NCBI GenBank assembly: GCA_025758045.1
Contig: CP107208.1
Location: forward strand, 753,298-817,297
Reading direction: 5' to 3'
DNA from: Oscillospiraceae bacterium
Lineage (GTDB): Bacteria; Bacillota; Clostridia; Oscillospirales; Ruminococcaceae
Length of the DNA: 64,000 nucleotides
Shown one piece after another: positions 9,365 through 18,823 of the stretch (the stretch's first letter is position 1; the number at the start of each line of letters is the position of its first letter). Position numbers and translations under genes: made by a program. The notes beneath the pieces are model-generated. The model ran no database searches. It was not told where the DNA came from and saw only the letters and a program-made list of their open reading frames with translations.

Positions 9365-11236
9365 TTAGGCGGCCGGTTCACTGGTGGATTCGGATTCCGA
9401 TGTCGCAGTCGCCGAATCATTTTCCATAACGTCCGTAACCTGGTTGGAACCGTCGCGGTTATTGTTCTTCTGGGCATCGTCGGCCTCGCTCATCAGACCG
9501 CCCATCACCTGGATGTTGGGGTCGGTGGCCGAGTAGCCGGACAGGTCAACGACGTTATCGCACAGGTTCAGCTGGCTGGCGTCCACAGGGCCGGTATTCT
9601 CTCGGAAATACTGGTTCAGCAGGTCGGCGTCCTCCTGCCGTGCCGGGTAAAGCAGCGCCTGGCCCTGATACTTCGGACCGCTGATGACCGGCATCTGGGC
9701 GATCATGATCTTGTTGGAATCGATCTTGAGCATGCTGACCGCGAAGCTGATGAGGGTGGAGGCGTTGAGGTCGGTCTCCATATAGTTCAGCACGGCGGGG
9801 GTCAGCCTAGCAACGTCCCAGATGTTGCCGATGCTCTTGAGCTTGCGGAACAGAGCGGCGTAGAACTGGCGCTGCATGTTCAGACGGCCGATGTCGCCGT
9901 CCGGGTAGACCTTACGGGCACGCAGCAGGAACTCCATAGCCGCGCCGTCCAACGTCTGGTAACCGGCGTGGATAACGCTGGCGCCCTGGCCGATGGCCGA
10001 GTAATCCACGTCCACAGGGACGTTGATCTCGACACCGCCGAACAGGTCGACAAGTTCAGTCAGCATTTCCAGGCGGATGGTGATATAACCATCGATGTGG
10101 ATCTTGTACTGGTCGGCGACCAGCTCGCACAGGGCGGCCATATTGTTGTTGTTATCGCTGCCCTGGGTCTTGGCCACGCCGTTGATGCGGTAGTTGCCGG
10201 AGACGCTGGCGTCGGTGGTGACCATCGTGTCACGGGGGATCTGCAGCATCTTCAATTCGCCCGTTTCGTTGTTGAAATGGACGTACAGGATCATATCGGT
10301 CATGCCGTCGTTGACGTTGGAGTCGTTGGCGGCACCGGCGGACAGGTCGCCGGTGGAGGAACGATCCACGCCGGTGACAAGGACATTCAGCTCTTTATCC
10401 TGGAATTCCTTGGGGGTGTTGACCAGCTGGTTCAGCTTGATGCTGCCGCCCTTGGGGGCGATAGCGCCCATGATGAGCGCATACGCGCCGCCGAAGATCA
10501 GCACGATCACCAGCAGGGTGATGAGCAGGATCTTCCACCAGGTGCCTTTCTTTTTCTTCTTTTTGCCGCCGTTGCCCTTGCCGCTTTTTTTGCCGTGAGG
10601 CTTGGGGTCGGCGGGGGCACCGTCACGCGGGGGCTTGCGGCCGCCGCCGTTGGCGCGATGGGTGCGGGGGGCGGCTTCGTCCTTATGGTGGGCCTTGTGG
10701 GTGCGGGGCGTTTCTTCCATCTGGATGCCTCCGGCGGCGGGGTCTGCCTCGTCATAATTAAAGGCGGGGCGGCTGCCCTGCACCTTGTTCACATCCAGCT
10801 GCTGCACCTGCGCACGCGGGCGGCGGGTCTGGGCGGCACCATCACGGTGGATGGTGCGCTGCTGGGACGGCTGCGCGGGCCGGCTGGGGCGGCGGGTCTG
10901 GATCTCCCGCGTGGGGAACTGCACGGTGTTGCCGTACTTGCGTTCGGCTGCAGCGCGGTAGGCCATGGCCTGGCGCTGGGCGTGGGTCAGCTCACGAGGT
11001 GTCTCCTGCACGGAGGCCTGCTGGATCGGCTGCGGGGCTTCCTGCACCGGTTCCTGTACGGGGGCCTGCTGGCGGATCTGCCGGGCCTGCTGCTGGGTGC
11101 GCATGGGCTGCTGGATGATACGGCGGCGGGCGTTCTGGTTGGCCTGCTCCTGGGCGCGGCGGCGGGCAGCCTCGTACTGGGACTGGTCAAATCCGCCGGA
11201 CGCGCTGCCGGTATTGAGCTTACGCGGTTCGCTCAT
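9365..11236 (-). CDS. LytR/CpsA/Psr (LCP) family protein with long low-complexity N-terminal region
   Basis: C-terminal LCP domain (NVLVTGVDRS..MILYVHFN..LQIPRDT). A single TM helix follows a K-rich stretch. I trimmed the start to the ATG at 11234-11236, which has a GGAGGAAA RBS. Confidence 0.8.
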   Translation of the reverse strand: MSEPRKLNTGSASGGFDQSQYEAARRRAQEQANQNARRRIIQQPMRTQQQARQIRQQAPVQEPVQEAPQPIQQASVQETPRELTHAQRQAMAYRAAAERKYGNTVQFPTREIQTRRPSRPAQPSQQRTIHRDGAAQTRRPRAQVQQLDVNKVQGSRPAFNYDEADPAAGGIQMEETPRTHKAHHKDEAAPRTHRANGGGRKPPRDGAPADPKPHGKKSGKGNGGKKKKKKGTWWKILLITLLVIVLIFGGAYALIMGAIAPKGGSIKLNQLVNTPKEFQDKELNVLVTGVDRSSTGDLSAGAANDSNVNDGMTDMILYVHFNNETGELKMLQIPRDTMVTTDASVSGNYRINGVAKTQGSDNNNNMAALCELVADQYKIHIDGYITIRLEMLTELVDLFGGVEINVPVDVDYSAIGQGASVIHAGYQTLDGAAMEFLLRARKVYPDGDIGRLNMQRQFYAALFRKLKSIGNIWDVARLTPAVLNYMETDLNASTLISFAVSMLKIDSNKIMIAQMPVISGPKYQGQALLYPARQEDADLLNQYFRENTGPVDASQLNLCDNVVDLSGYSATDPNIQVMGGLMSEADDAQKNNNRDGSNQVTDVMENDSATATSESESTSEPAA

Positions 11237-11320
11237 TATGTTTCCTCCCTGTTTTTGGAGTTGGCGGGAACAGCCACAAAACAACATACCGCAGATACGG
11301 CAGCAGCACTTTGGCTTCCC

Positions 11321-11893
11321 TTACGGTTCTTGCAAATGCTCTTTTGCATACTCGTATGCGGCCATGCTTTCAGGGTCCAGCGTGCCGCCCTTTTCTTCTA
11401 CAAAATCAATGCTGCGCTTCAAAGCGTCGCACAATGCCCGATCCAGGTCCTGCATTTCCAATTTGCGCAGGTCTTCCACGCCGGGCCAGTCACGCTCAGC
11501 GCTGGTCATATCGGCCAAATAGATGATCTTGTCCAGTTTGGTCATGTTCAGCTTGCCGGTAGTGTGGCAGCGGATGGCGGACAAGATCTCAGGATCGGTA
11601 ACGCCCCATTGGGTCTCGGCCAGGATGGCCGCGGCGATGCCATGCCACACGGGCGATGGGCGCGCAGGGGCATTTTCTGCTATTATAGCATTATCGGCAA
11701 AAATCTGCAACAACTCCGATTTGGGTAGTTCTTTGGCAGAATCATGCAAAATTGCCGCCACAGCGGCTTTTTCCGAGTCTGCACCCCACTGTTTTGCCAG
11801 TTTTACCGCCATTTTTTTTACATTTTTGGTGTGTGTCCAGCGTTTTTCGCTCAGACGCGGCTTCACGATCTTCTTGGCTTCTTCGCAGGTCAT
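11321..11893 (-). CDS. yqeK: HD-domain protein YqeK (bis(5'-nucleosyl)-tetraphosphatase type)
   Basis: HD motifs (RWTHTKNV, AAILHDSAKE) and position immediately after nadD. I trimmed the start to the ATG at 11891-11893. Confidence 0.8.
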   Translation of the reverse strand: MTCEEAKKIVKPRLSEKRWTHTKNVKKMAVKLAKQWGADSEKAAVAAILHDSAKELPKSELLQIFADNAIIAENAPARPSPVWHGIAAAILAETQWGVTDPEILSAIRCHTTGKLNMTKLDKIIYLADMTSAERDWPGVEDLRKLEMQDLDRALCDALKRSIDFVEEKGGTLDPESMAAYEYAKEHLQEP

Positions 11894-11897
11894 GGTA

Positions 11898-12518
11898 TCA
11901 AACCTCTTTTTCTGCGCTGTATAAATGGTTTTCCTGCACCACGCACAATGTTTCCGGCGGCAAAACCTCCGGCCATTGTTCCGGCGGGATCTTGCCGCTG
12001 CGGATGTCGCTGGAGGCACAGGGGTAAGCCTCGGCCCTGGCAAACAGCACCCTGCCGCCCTGGGCGGTCAGGTCGGCAGCGGCCGCCTGCAAAGCGGGTT
12101 CGTCCCCCGCTTCGCGGCTTTCCACCACCAGCGCGGCCATGGCCAGCATATCCTGCCAGCGGTACCACTGGGTAAAGGTCAGCAGCATGTCGCTGCCAAC
12201 ACAAAGGTACAGCTCTGCGCCGGGGTAGGCATCACGCAGCATTTCCAGCGTGTGTACCGTGTAGCTGCGCCCGCCCTGGGCGATCTCCCAATCGCTGACT
12301 TCCACCGCCGGGCTAAGCGCCGTAAAGCATTGGCACATGGCCAGCCGCACTTTGCCGGGGGTGGTGCTGGCCTTTTTGTGGGGCGGGATGCCCGCAGGCA
12401 TCACGATGGCCTTATCCGGCCGCACCAGTTCCAGCGCGGCCCGCAGGTTGTTCATGTGGCCGTTGTGGGGCGGGTCAAACGTGCCGCCGTACAACAAAAC
12501 CTTTTGCACCGTGCCCAT
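11898..12518 (-). CDS. nadD: Nicotinate-nucleotide adenylyltransferase
   Basis: GGTFDPPHNGH motif. The start overlaps the yhbY stop. Confidence 0.9.
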   Translation of the reverse strand: MGTVQKVLLYGGTFDPPHNGHMNNLRAALELVRPDKAIVMPAGIPPHKKASTTPGKVRLAMCQCFTALSPAVEVSDWEIAQGGRSYTVHTLEMLRDAYPGAELYLCVGSDMLLTFTQWYRWQDMLAMAALVVESREAGDEPALQAAAADLTAQGGRVLFARAEAYPCASSDIRSGKIPPEQWPEVLPPETLCVVQENHLYSAEKEV

Positions 12519-12820
12519 TATTTTGCAAAAACAGCGTCGAAGGCGCTTTCTTTCTTCTTTTTCTTGAACAGCACGAACTTACGGCCGATGACCTGCACGC
12601 ACTCGCAGTCCAGCGCTTCGCAGAGGGTGTCGGCGGCTTCGCGGGCGGAATACTCGCTGTTTTCCAGCACCTTGATTTTGATCAGTTCGCGGGCGGCGAT
12701 GCAATCGGCCAGGCCCTGGATCAGGGTATCGTCGATCTCGCCCTTGCCGATCTGGAAAACGGGGTCAATGGTATTGGCGGCGCTGCGCAGGGCGGCGCGC
12801 TGTTTGCTGGTTAAAGCCAT
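12518..12820 (-). CDS. yhbY: YhbY/CRM-domain RNA-binding protein
   Basis: 100 aa. LTSKQRAALRSAAN..IGKGEI..ELIKIKVLEN matches the YhbY pattern. Confidence 0.85.
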   Translation of the reverse strand: MALTSKQRAALRSAANTIDPVFQIGKGEIDDTLIQGLADCIAARELIKIKVLENSEYSAREAADTLCEALDCECVQVIGRKFVLFKKKKKESAFDAVFAK

Positions 12821-12865
12821 AATGGTCTCCTTTTTATAAATAGGTTACTGTAAAAACGCAGACAT

Positions 12866-13495
12866 TCATTTTAAAAACACCGGAAGCTCCCGGGCCAATT
12901 TTTCCATGGCGCGGCCGCGGTGGCTGATAGCGTCCTTCTCGGCGTCGGTCAGTTCGGCATAGCTGCGGCAGGCGGTGTTCTCGGTGGTGGTGCCGTCGGG
13001 CAGGCCCACACGGGCGGGCACAAACAGCGGGTCGTAGCCAAAGCCGTTGGAGCCGGTCTCGGCGAAGCTGATGGAGCCGGGGCATTCCCCTGCCACTTCC
13101 AGTGCGCGGCCATCGGGCAGCATAAAACAGATGGCCGAGACAAACTTGGCGGCGCGCTGCCCTGCCGGGACGTCGGCCATCTCGTGCAGCAGCTTAGCGT
13201 TATTGGCGGCGTCATCGCCGTGGTGCCCGGCATAGCGGGCGCTGTACACACCGGGGGCACCGTGCAGGGCGTCGACACACAGGCCGGAGTCATCCGCCAC
13301 GGTGGGCAGGCCGCTAGCCTTGCAGAACGCTTCGGCCTTGATGCGGGCATTCTCGGCAAAGGTAGTGCCGGTCTCCTCGGGGTCGAGGTCTATACATAAG
13401 TCACGCAGGCTCTTGACCTCGTGGCCCATCTGCTCCAAAATGCGGCGCAGTTCTTTCAGTTTGCCGGCGTTGTTGCTGGCGGCACATACGATCAT
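12866..13495 (-). CDS. rdgB: XTP/dITP diphosphatase (RdgB/HAM1 family)
   Basis: SNNAGKLKE near the N-terminus and FGYDPLF..EKDAISHRG near the C-terminus. ATGA overlap with the ftsY stop. Confidence 0.9.
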   Translation of the reverse strand: MIVCAASNNAGKLKELRRILEQMGHEVKSLRDLCIDLDPEETGTTFAENARIKAEAFCKASGLPTVADDSGLCVDALHGAPGVYSARYAGHHGDDAANNAKLLHEMADVPAGQRAAKFVSAICFMLPDGRALEVAGECPGSISFAETGSNGFGYDPLFVPARVGLPDGTTTENTACRSYAELTDAEKDAISHRGRAMEKLARELPVFLK

Positions 13496-14499
13496 GCCTG
13501 TTCCTCCCCGGAAGTTTCCTCTTTTTCTTCTTCCTCTTTCTGCAGTGCTTCCTCGGGCAGCAGGGTCTCCACGAAGGTCTGGGCGTCGAATTCCATCAGA
13601 TCATCGATCTTTTCGCCCACACCGATAAAGCGGATGGGCAGACCCAGGTTCTCCCACACAGAGACCGCACAGCCGCCGCGGGGGGTGCCGTCCAGCTTGG
13701 TCAGCACGATACCGGTGGCACCGGCGGCGCGGCAGAACTCCTCGGCCTGACTGATGGCATTCTGGCCGGTGATGGCATCCAGCACCAGCAGCACTTCCAG
13801 GCTGGCTTCGGGGCTGGCCTTTTTGACGCTGCGGGAAATTTTGGCCAGCTCGTCCATCAGTCCCTTTTTGTTGTGCAGGCGGCCTGCGGTATCGGCAATG
13901 ACCATGTCGTAGCCCTTGGCGGTGGCGCTCTTCACCGCGTCAAAGATGACGGCGGCGGGGTCGGCACCCTGACCGGCCTGCACCAGCGGCACACCGGCGC
14001 GGTCGGCCCACAGTTCCAGCTGCTCGCTGGCAGCGGCGCGGAAGGTATCGCCCGCGGCCAGCATCACACGCTTGCCTTTCTCCTTATACAGGTGGGCCAG
14101 CTTGGCGATGGTGGTGGTCTTGCCCACGCCGTTGACGCCGATGACCAAAATCACGGCAGGTTTACCGTCCAGCTCCATCTGGTAGCGGGGGGTCAATTCC
14201 TGGCAGATGATCTGGCGCAGTTCGTCCAATGCCTGCTGGCCGTTCTTGAGGTGCTTTTCCTCCACGGCATCCCGCAGCTCGTCCACCAGGCGCACAGCGC
14301 ACATGGGACCGACATCGGCCAAAATCAGCTGTTCTTCCAGTGTGTCATACAGGTCGTCGTCGATCTGGGCGTGGGTCAACGTGTTGACAATGTTCTGGAA
14401 AAAGCCCGTGCGGGTCTTTTCCAGGCCGTACTTCATTTTCTGCTGCTCCTGGAACTCCTGCTCCGAGATGTTGCGCTTGAAAAAGTTGAAAAATCCCAT
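13492..14499 (-). CDS. ftsY: Signal recognition particle receptor FtsY
   Basis: NG domain motifs GVNGVGKTTTIAKLA, DTAGRL and TKLDG. Confidence 0.95.
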   Translation of the reverse strand: MGFFNFFKRNISEQEFQEQQKMKYGLEKTRTGFFQNIVNTLTHAQIDDDLYDTLEEQLILADVGPMCAVRLVDELRDAVEEKHLKNGQQALDELRQIICQELTPRYQMELDGKPAVILVIGVNGVGKTTTIAKLAHLYKEKGKRVMLAAGDTFRAAASEQLELWADRAGVPLVQAGQGADPAAVIFDAVKSATAKGYDMVIADTAGRLHNKKGLMDELAKISRSVKKASPEASLEVLLVLDAITGQNAISQAEEFCRAAGATGIVLTKLDGTPRGGCAVSVWENLGLPIRFIGVGEKIDDLMEFDAQTFVETLLPEEALQKEEEEKEETSGEEQA

Positions 14500-14518
14500 G
14501 GGAAGCCTCCCTTATATA

Positions 14519-17500
14519 TCAGGTAATGAGGTCTGCGCTGACCTTGTCCAGGTCAAGGCGCAGGATCTTGGAAACGCCGTCCTCCTGCATGGTGACGCCG
14601 TACAGCACGTCGGCGGCCTCCATCGTGCCGCGGCGGTGGGTGATGACGATGAACTGGGTGTGGTCGGTCATGCGGCGCAGATATTGCGCATAGCGGGCCA
14701 CGTTGACGTCGTCCAGCGCAGCTTCGATCTCATCCAGGAAGCAGAAGGGCGCGGGATTGACGTTGAGGATGGCGAAGTAGATCGAGATGGCGACCAGCGC
14801 CTGCTCGCCGCCGGAAAGGGCGCTCAGGTTCTTGATGACCTTGCCCGGGGGCGATACTTCGATCTCGATGCCGGATTCCAGCACGTTGCTTTCGTCTGAG
14901 AGGTACAGGCGTGCGTGGCCGCCGCCGAACAGCTCTTTGAAAATCTGCTGGAAGTGGGTGTTGATCTGCTTGAAGCTCGTCGTAAACAGCTCTTCCATCT
15001 CGCTGCACAGCTCGGCGATCATACGGGTCAGCTCGCTCTTGGCCTTTTCCACGTCGGTGACCTGGGCTTTCAGGAAGTCGTAGCGTTCCTTTACCTCCTT
15101 ATATTCCTCGATGGCGCCGACGTTGACGTTGCCCAAGCCGCGAATTTTGCCGCGCACCTCGGCCACGCTGCGGCGCAGCTCGGTCAGGGACTCAAACTCA
15201 ACGCAGAGCTCCTTTGCCTCGCCGGCGGTGAGCTGGTACTCCTCCCACAGTTTGGTGTTGGTGTCGTTCAGCTCGTTTTCGGCGGCAGTGCGGCGTTCGG
15301 CCAGGCGGGCCATCTCGCCGCTCATCCGCTCGCGCTCATCGGTCAGGGCGCGGTTTTCCTGTCCTAAGCGGGCCACGGCGACTTCCTTTTCCATGCGGGC
15401 GGCGTTGGCCGTGCGGATGGTCTCCTCGGCGGCGGCGATCTTCTCTTTGTTCTCGCCGCGGGTGCGCTCGATCGCGGCGATCTTTAAGGCGTTGGCTTCG
15501 ATCTTAGCCTTGGCGGCCTCGATGGCGGCGTTCAGCTCGCGGGCGCGGGCTTCGGCCTCGCCGGTGCGGCTTTGCAGGCCTTCCAAAGCGGCCTCATGCA
15601 GGCCGATGTCCTTCTCGTTGGCCAGGCGCTGCATCTGGTTTTCGCTCAATTCGTTGGTGATGCGCTCCCGCTCGGCGGTCAGACTGCCTGTGCTCTCGCC
15701 CAATTCGGCCAGTTCGGCATTGTAGGTGTTCAGCTCGGCCTCGGCCTTGCCCTGGGTGGCTTCGGCTTCGGCGCAGGCGGTCTCGTTCTGGGTCACGGCG
15801 GCCTGCTGGGCCTCAATTTCGGCGGTCAGACTGCGGGTATTTTCCTCATGCTGGGCTACGGCGGCGGTCAGTCGATCGAGCTCCAGCGAGGCGCGCAGCC
15901 GTTCGGAGGAAGCATTCATGCCCTCGGCCTCGGCGCCGGAGAGCTGGGCGGTAAGGTTATCCACCTCGGCCTTGCGGGCTTCCAGCTCTTTTTCAGCATC
16001 GGCACGCTTTTTCTCCAGCTTGACCAGACGGGTGCGCAGTTCATCCAGCTCCTGCTTGCGGCTGAACACACCCACGCTACGGGCGGTGGAGCCGCCGGTA
16101 AACGAACCGCCGGCGTTGATGACCTGGCCGTCCAACGTGACGATGCGGTTGCGGTAGCCCAGGTTTTTGGCCACAGTGGAGGCTTCGGACAGATCCTCGA
16201 CCACGATGATGCGGCCGAGCAGGTTATCGATGATGTGCTGGTAGCGCGGGTCGCACTTAACCAGATCGGCGGCGACCTCGGCGGTGCCGGTGAGGCGGCC
16301 GGTGAAGCGGGAGCCTTGCACGGTATCCAGCGGCAGGAAGGTGGCGCGGCCTGCGCGCTCGTCCTTCAAAAAGCCGATGGCCGCACGGGCGCAGCCCTGG
16401 TCCTCGACCACGATGTTCTGCAAAGCAAAGCCGAGGGCCGTCTCGATGGCGGTCTCATAGCCTTTTTCGACGGTGAGGATGCCCGCCACAGGGCCGATGA
16501 TGCCCCGCAGACGACGGCCCGCAGCGGCGCGCATGACGGCCTTGACGCTTTGCTGGTAGCCGTCCATGTTGCGCTCCAGGTCTTCCAGAATGTGGATGCG
16601 CTGGGAGGTGTTGGACCGCTCTTTGTCGGCCTTTTGCAGCGCGTCGGCAGCTTCAGCCTGCTGGCGGCGGCGGCTTTCCAGTTTCAGCTTTAGGCCCGCC
16701 TTGATGTTATCGTTGCGGGTGACGGCCTCCTCGGCATCCTTCAGGCGGCGCTCGGCGCGGCGCTTTTCTTCCTCGGCAGCGGCGGCGGAGTTTTCCAGCT
16801 CTACGGCCTGCTGCTTTGCTTCATCCAAACGCTGGGCGGCGGCTTCTTTTGCCGATTGGGCCGAGGCGGCGCGCACTTTCGCGGCAGTGGCGGTGTCCTG
16901 CAGGCGGGCAATAGCGGCGTCGATAACGTCCCGGCGCTGGCCGCTGGCGGCAGCTTTTTCTTCCAGCGCACGGAGTTCGGCGCGCAGTTCTGCCACGCGG
17001 GCGTCCAGCGCAGCGACCTCGCCGTGCAGTTTTTCGATGGCGGCTTTGTGGCCGGCGGCCTCGGTCTCGATGGACTGGCGGCCCTGCCCGGCGCGCTCCA
17101 ACTCGCCGGTGGCTTCGTCGATGCGGAAGCGGCTGTGCTCGCTCTCGTTTTTCAAAACGGCGATCTCACTCTCACTGCCCGCGTTGGCCTCGGTCACGGC
17201 GCGGATGTCGGCGTTGGCCTGCTCGACCTGCAGGACAAGCTGCTGGGCTTCCTCCCGCAGGGCGGCGCTTTTTTCGTCGAACTCGTCCAACTGGCGGCTC
17301 AGGCGTTCGTAATCTGCCTGGGCGGCTTCAAACTTGCGCTGCTGGTCGCGCACGGTATCGTTGGCGCGGCGGATGGCATCGACCCAGAGAGTGACTTCCA
17401 GGCTCTTGCGGCGCTCGGAGAGTTCCAAAAACTGCTGGGCCTTTTCACTGTCCCGCTTCAGGGGGCCGACACGCTTTTCCAGTTCGCCCAAAATATCCCG

Positions 17501-18076
17501 CAGGCGTTCGAGGTTTCCCTCGGCGGCTTCGAGACGGCGTTCCGCCTCGTTTTTGCGGTAGCGGTACTTGGCGATGCCGGAGGCTTCCTCGAAAATTTCG
17601 CGGCGCTCGGCGGACTTGGCGCCGACGATCTCGGCAATGCGGCCCTGGCCGACGATGGCGTAACCGTCGCGGCCGATGCCGGTGTCCAGCAGCAGTTCGT
17701 AGACATCCTTCAAACGGACGTTCTGGCCGTTGATAGAGTACTCGCTCTCACCGCTGCGGTAGTAGCGGCGGCCGATGGTGACCTCGTCGGCATCCATGTC
17801 CAGGCCGTGGTCGCTGTTATCGATGGTCAGCGCGACCGAGGCAAAGCCCATGGCGCCGCGGCTTTGGGTGCCGCCGAAGATAACGTCCTCCATCTTGCCG
17901 GAGCCGCGCAGCTGCTTGGAGCTGGTCTCGCCCAAAACCCAGCGGATCGAGTCCGAAATATTCGATTTGCCGGAGCCGTTCGGCCCGACCACGCCGGTGA
18001 TACCCTCGCCGATGGTGATCTTGGTCTTATCGGGGAAGGATTTGAAACCTTGGATTTCCAGTTCTTTCAGGCGCAT
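14519..18076 (-). CDS. smc: Chromosome segregation protein SMC
   Basis: 1185 aa. Walker A (GPNGSGKSNISD), long coiled coils, a hinge, and the C-terminal LSGGEQAL..FCFLDEIEAALD. Confidence 0.95.
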   Translation of the reverse strand: MRLKELEIQGFKSFPDKTKITIGEGITGVVGPNGSGKSNISDSIRWVLGETSSKQLRGSGKMEDVIFGGTQSRGAMGFASVALTIDNSDHGLDMDADEVTIGRRYYRSGESEYSINGQNVRLKDVYELLLDTGIGRDGYAIVGQGRIAEIVGAKSAERREIFEEASGIAKYRYRKNEAERRLEAAEGNLERLRDILGELEKRVGPLKRDSEKAQQFLELSERRKSLEVTLWVDAIRRANDTVRDQQRKFEAAQADYERLSRQLDEFDEKSAALREEAQQLVLQVEQANADIRAVTEANAGSESEIAVLKNESEHSRFRIDEATGELERAGQGRQSIETEAAGHKAAIEKLHGEVAALDARVAELRAELRALEEKAAASGQRRDVIDAAIARLQDTATAAKVRAASAQSAKEAAAQRLDEAKQQAVELENSAAAAEEEKRRAERRLKDAEEAVTRNDNIKAGLKLKLESRRRQQAEAADALQKADKERSNTSQRIHILEDLERNMDGYQQSVKAVMRAAAGRRLRGIIGPVAGILTVEKGYETAIETALGFALQNIVVEDQGCARAAIGFLKDERAGRATFLPLDTVQGSRFTGRLTGTAEVAADLVKCDPRYQHIIDNLLGRIIVVEDLSEASTVAKNLGYRNRIVTLDGQVINAGGSFTGGSTARSVGVFSRKQELDELRTRLVKLEKKRADAEKELEARKAEVDNLTAQLSGAEAEGMNASSERLRASLELDRLTAAVAQHEENTRSLTAEIEAQQAAVTQNETACAEAEATQGKAEAELNTYNAELAELGESTGSLTAERERITNELSENQMQRLANEKDIGLHEAALEGLQSRTGEAEARARELNAAIEAAKAKIEANALKIAAIERTRGENKEKIAAAEETIRTANAARMEKEVAVARLGQENRALTDERERMSGEMARLAERRTAAENELNDTNTKLWEEYQLTAGEAKELCVEFESLTELRRSVAEVRGKIRGLGNVNVGAIEEYKEVKERYDFLKAQVTDVEKAKSELTRMIAELCSEMEELFTTSFKQINTHFQQIFKELFGGGHARLYLSDESNVLESGIEIEVSPPGKVIKNLSALSGGEQALVAISIYFAILNVNPAPFCFLDEIEAALDDVNVARYAQYLRRMTDHTQFIVITHRRGTMEAADVLYGVTMQEDGVSKILRLDLDKVSADLIT

Positions 18077-18118
18077 GTATGGTTAAAACCTTTCGCGTAG
18101 GTTGGTTGAATTCGTATT

Positions 18119-18793
18119 TTACCGCAGTTTCTCCAATGCCAATTTAGCGGCGTGCTGCTCGGCGGCTTTTTTGCTGCGGCCGGGGGCTTCGGCCAGCTTT
18201 TCGCCGTTGCGCCATACGCAAACGGTAAACTTCTTGGCGTGGTCGGGGCCGCTCTCGCCGGTGACCTCATAGCGCAGCACGGCGCTGGGGTCCTGCTGGA
18301 CCACCTCCTGCAGCTGGGTCTTGTAGTCTTCCTCGGCGGTCTTGCCCTCGGTGATAAAGGGCAGGATGAAGTTGCGGGCGGCCTCCATGCCGCCGTCCAG
18401 ATACAGCGCAGCGATGACGGCCTCAAACGCATCGGACACCACGCTGGGGCGGTTGCGGCCGCCGCCCAGGTCCTCGCCGTGGCCCAGGCGCAGGTACTCG
18501 CCCAGGTGGATCTCCTGGGCAAACTGGAACAGCGCATCCTCACTGACGAGGCTGGCGCGCATGCGGGTCAGCTCGCCCTCGGGCCGGCCGGACTGGTGGA
18601 ACAGGTAGTCCGCCACCACAACGGACAGCACGCTGTCGCCCAAAAACTCCAGGCGCTCGTTGTGGGTGGTGGCGACCTTGCTCTCGTTGGCAAAGCTGGT
18701 GTGGGTCAATGCAATGCGCAGCAGCGCGGGATTTTTAAAGGTATAATGCAGTACTTGCTGCAGTTCTTCCGGTTTTTTTGCCATCTGTCTCAT
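18119..18793 (-). CDS. rnc: Ribonuclease III
   Basis: NERLEFLGDSVL signature plus a C-terminal dsRBD. It lies in the rnc-smc-ftsY synteny block. Confidence 0.95.
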   Translation of the reverse strand: MRQMAKKPEELQQVLHYTFKNPALLRIALTHTSFANESKVATTHNERLEFLGDSVLSVVVADYLFHQSGRPEGELTRMRASLVSEDALFQFAQEIHLGEYLRLGHGEDLGGGRNRPSVVSDAFEAVIAALYLDGGMEAARNFILPFITEGKTAEEDYKTQLQEVVQQDPSAVLRYEVTGESGPDHAKKFTVCVWRNGEKLAEAPGRSKKAAEQHAAKLALEKLR

Positions 18794-18823
18794 GCCTTTC
18801 TTAAAACAACAGTACGATAGCGT

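Noticed and set aside
18794-18823. A possible missing acpP or fab gene between plsX and rnc, as in the Bacillus plsX-fabD-fabG-acpP-rnc block.
   Set aside because: The gap is only 30 nt, so nothing is hidden there. It is simply a different gene order and not an anomaly worth flagging.
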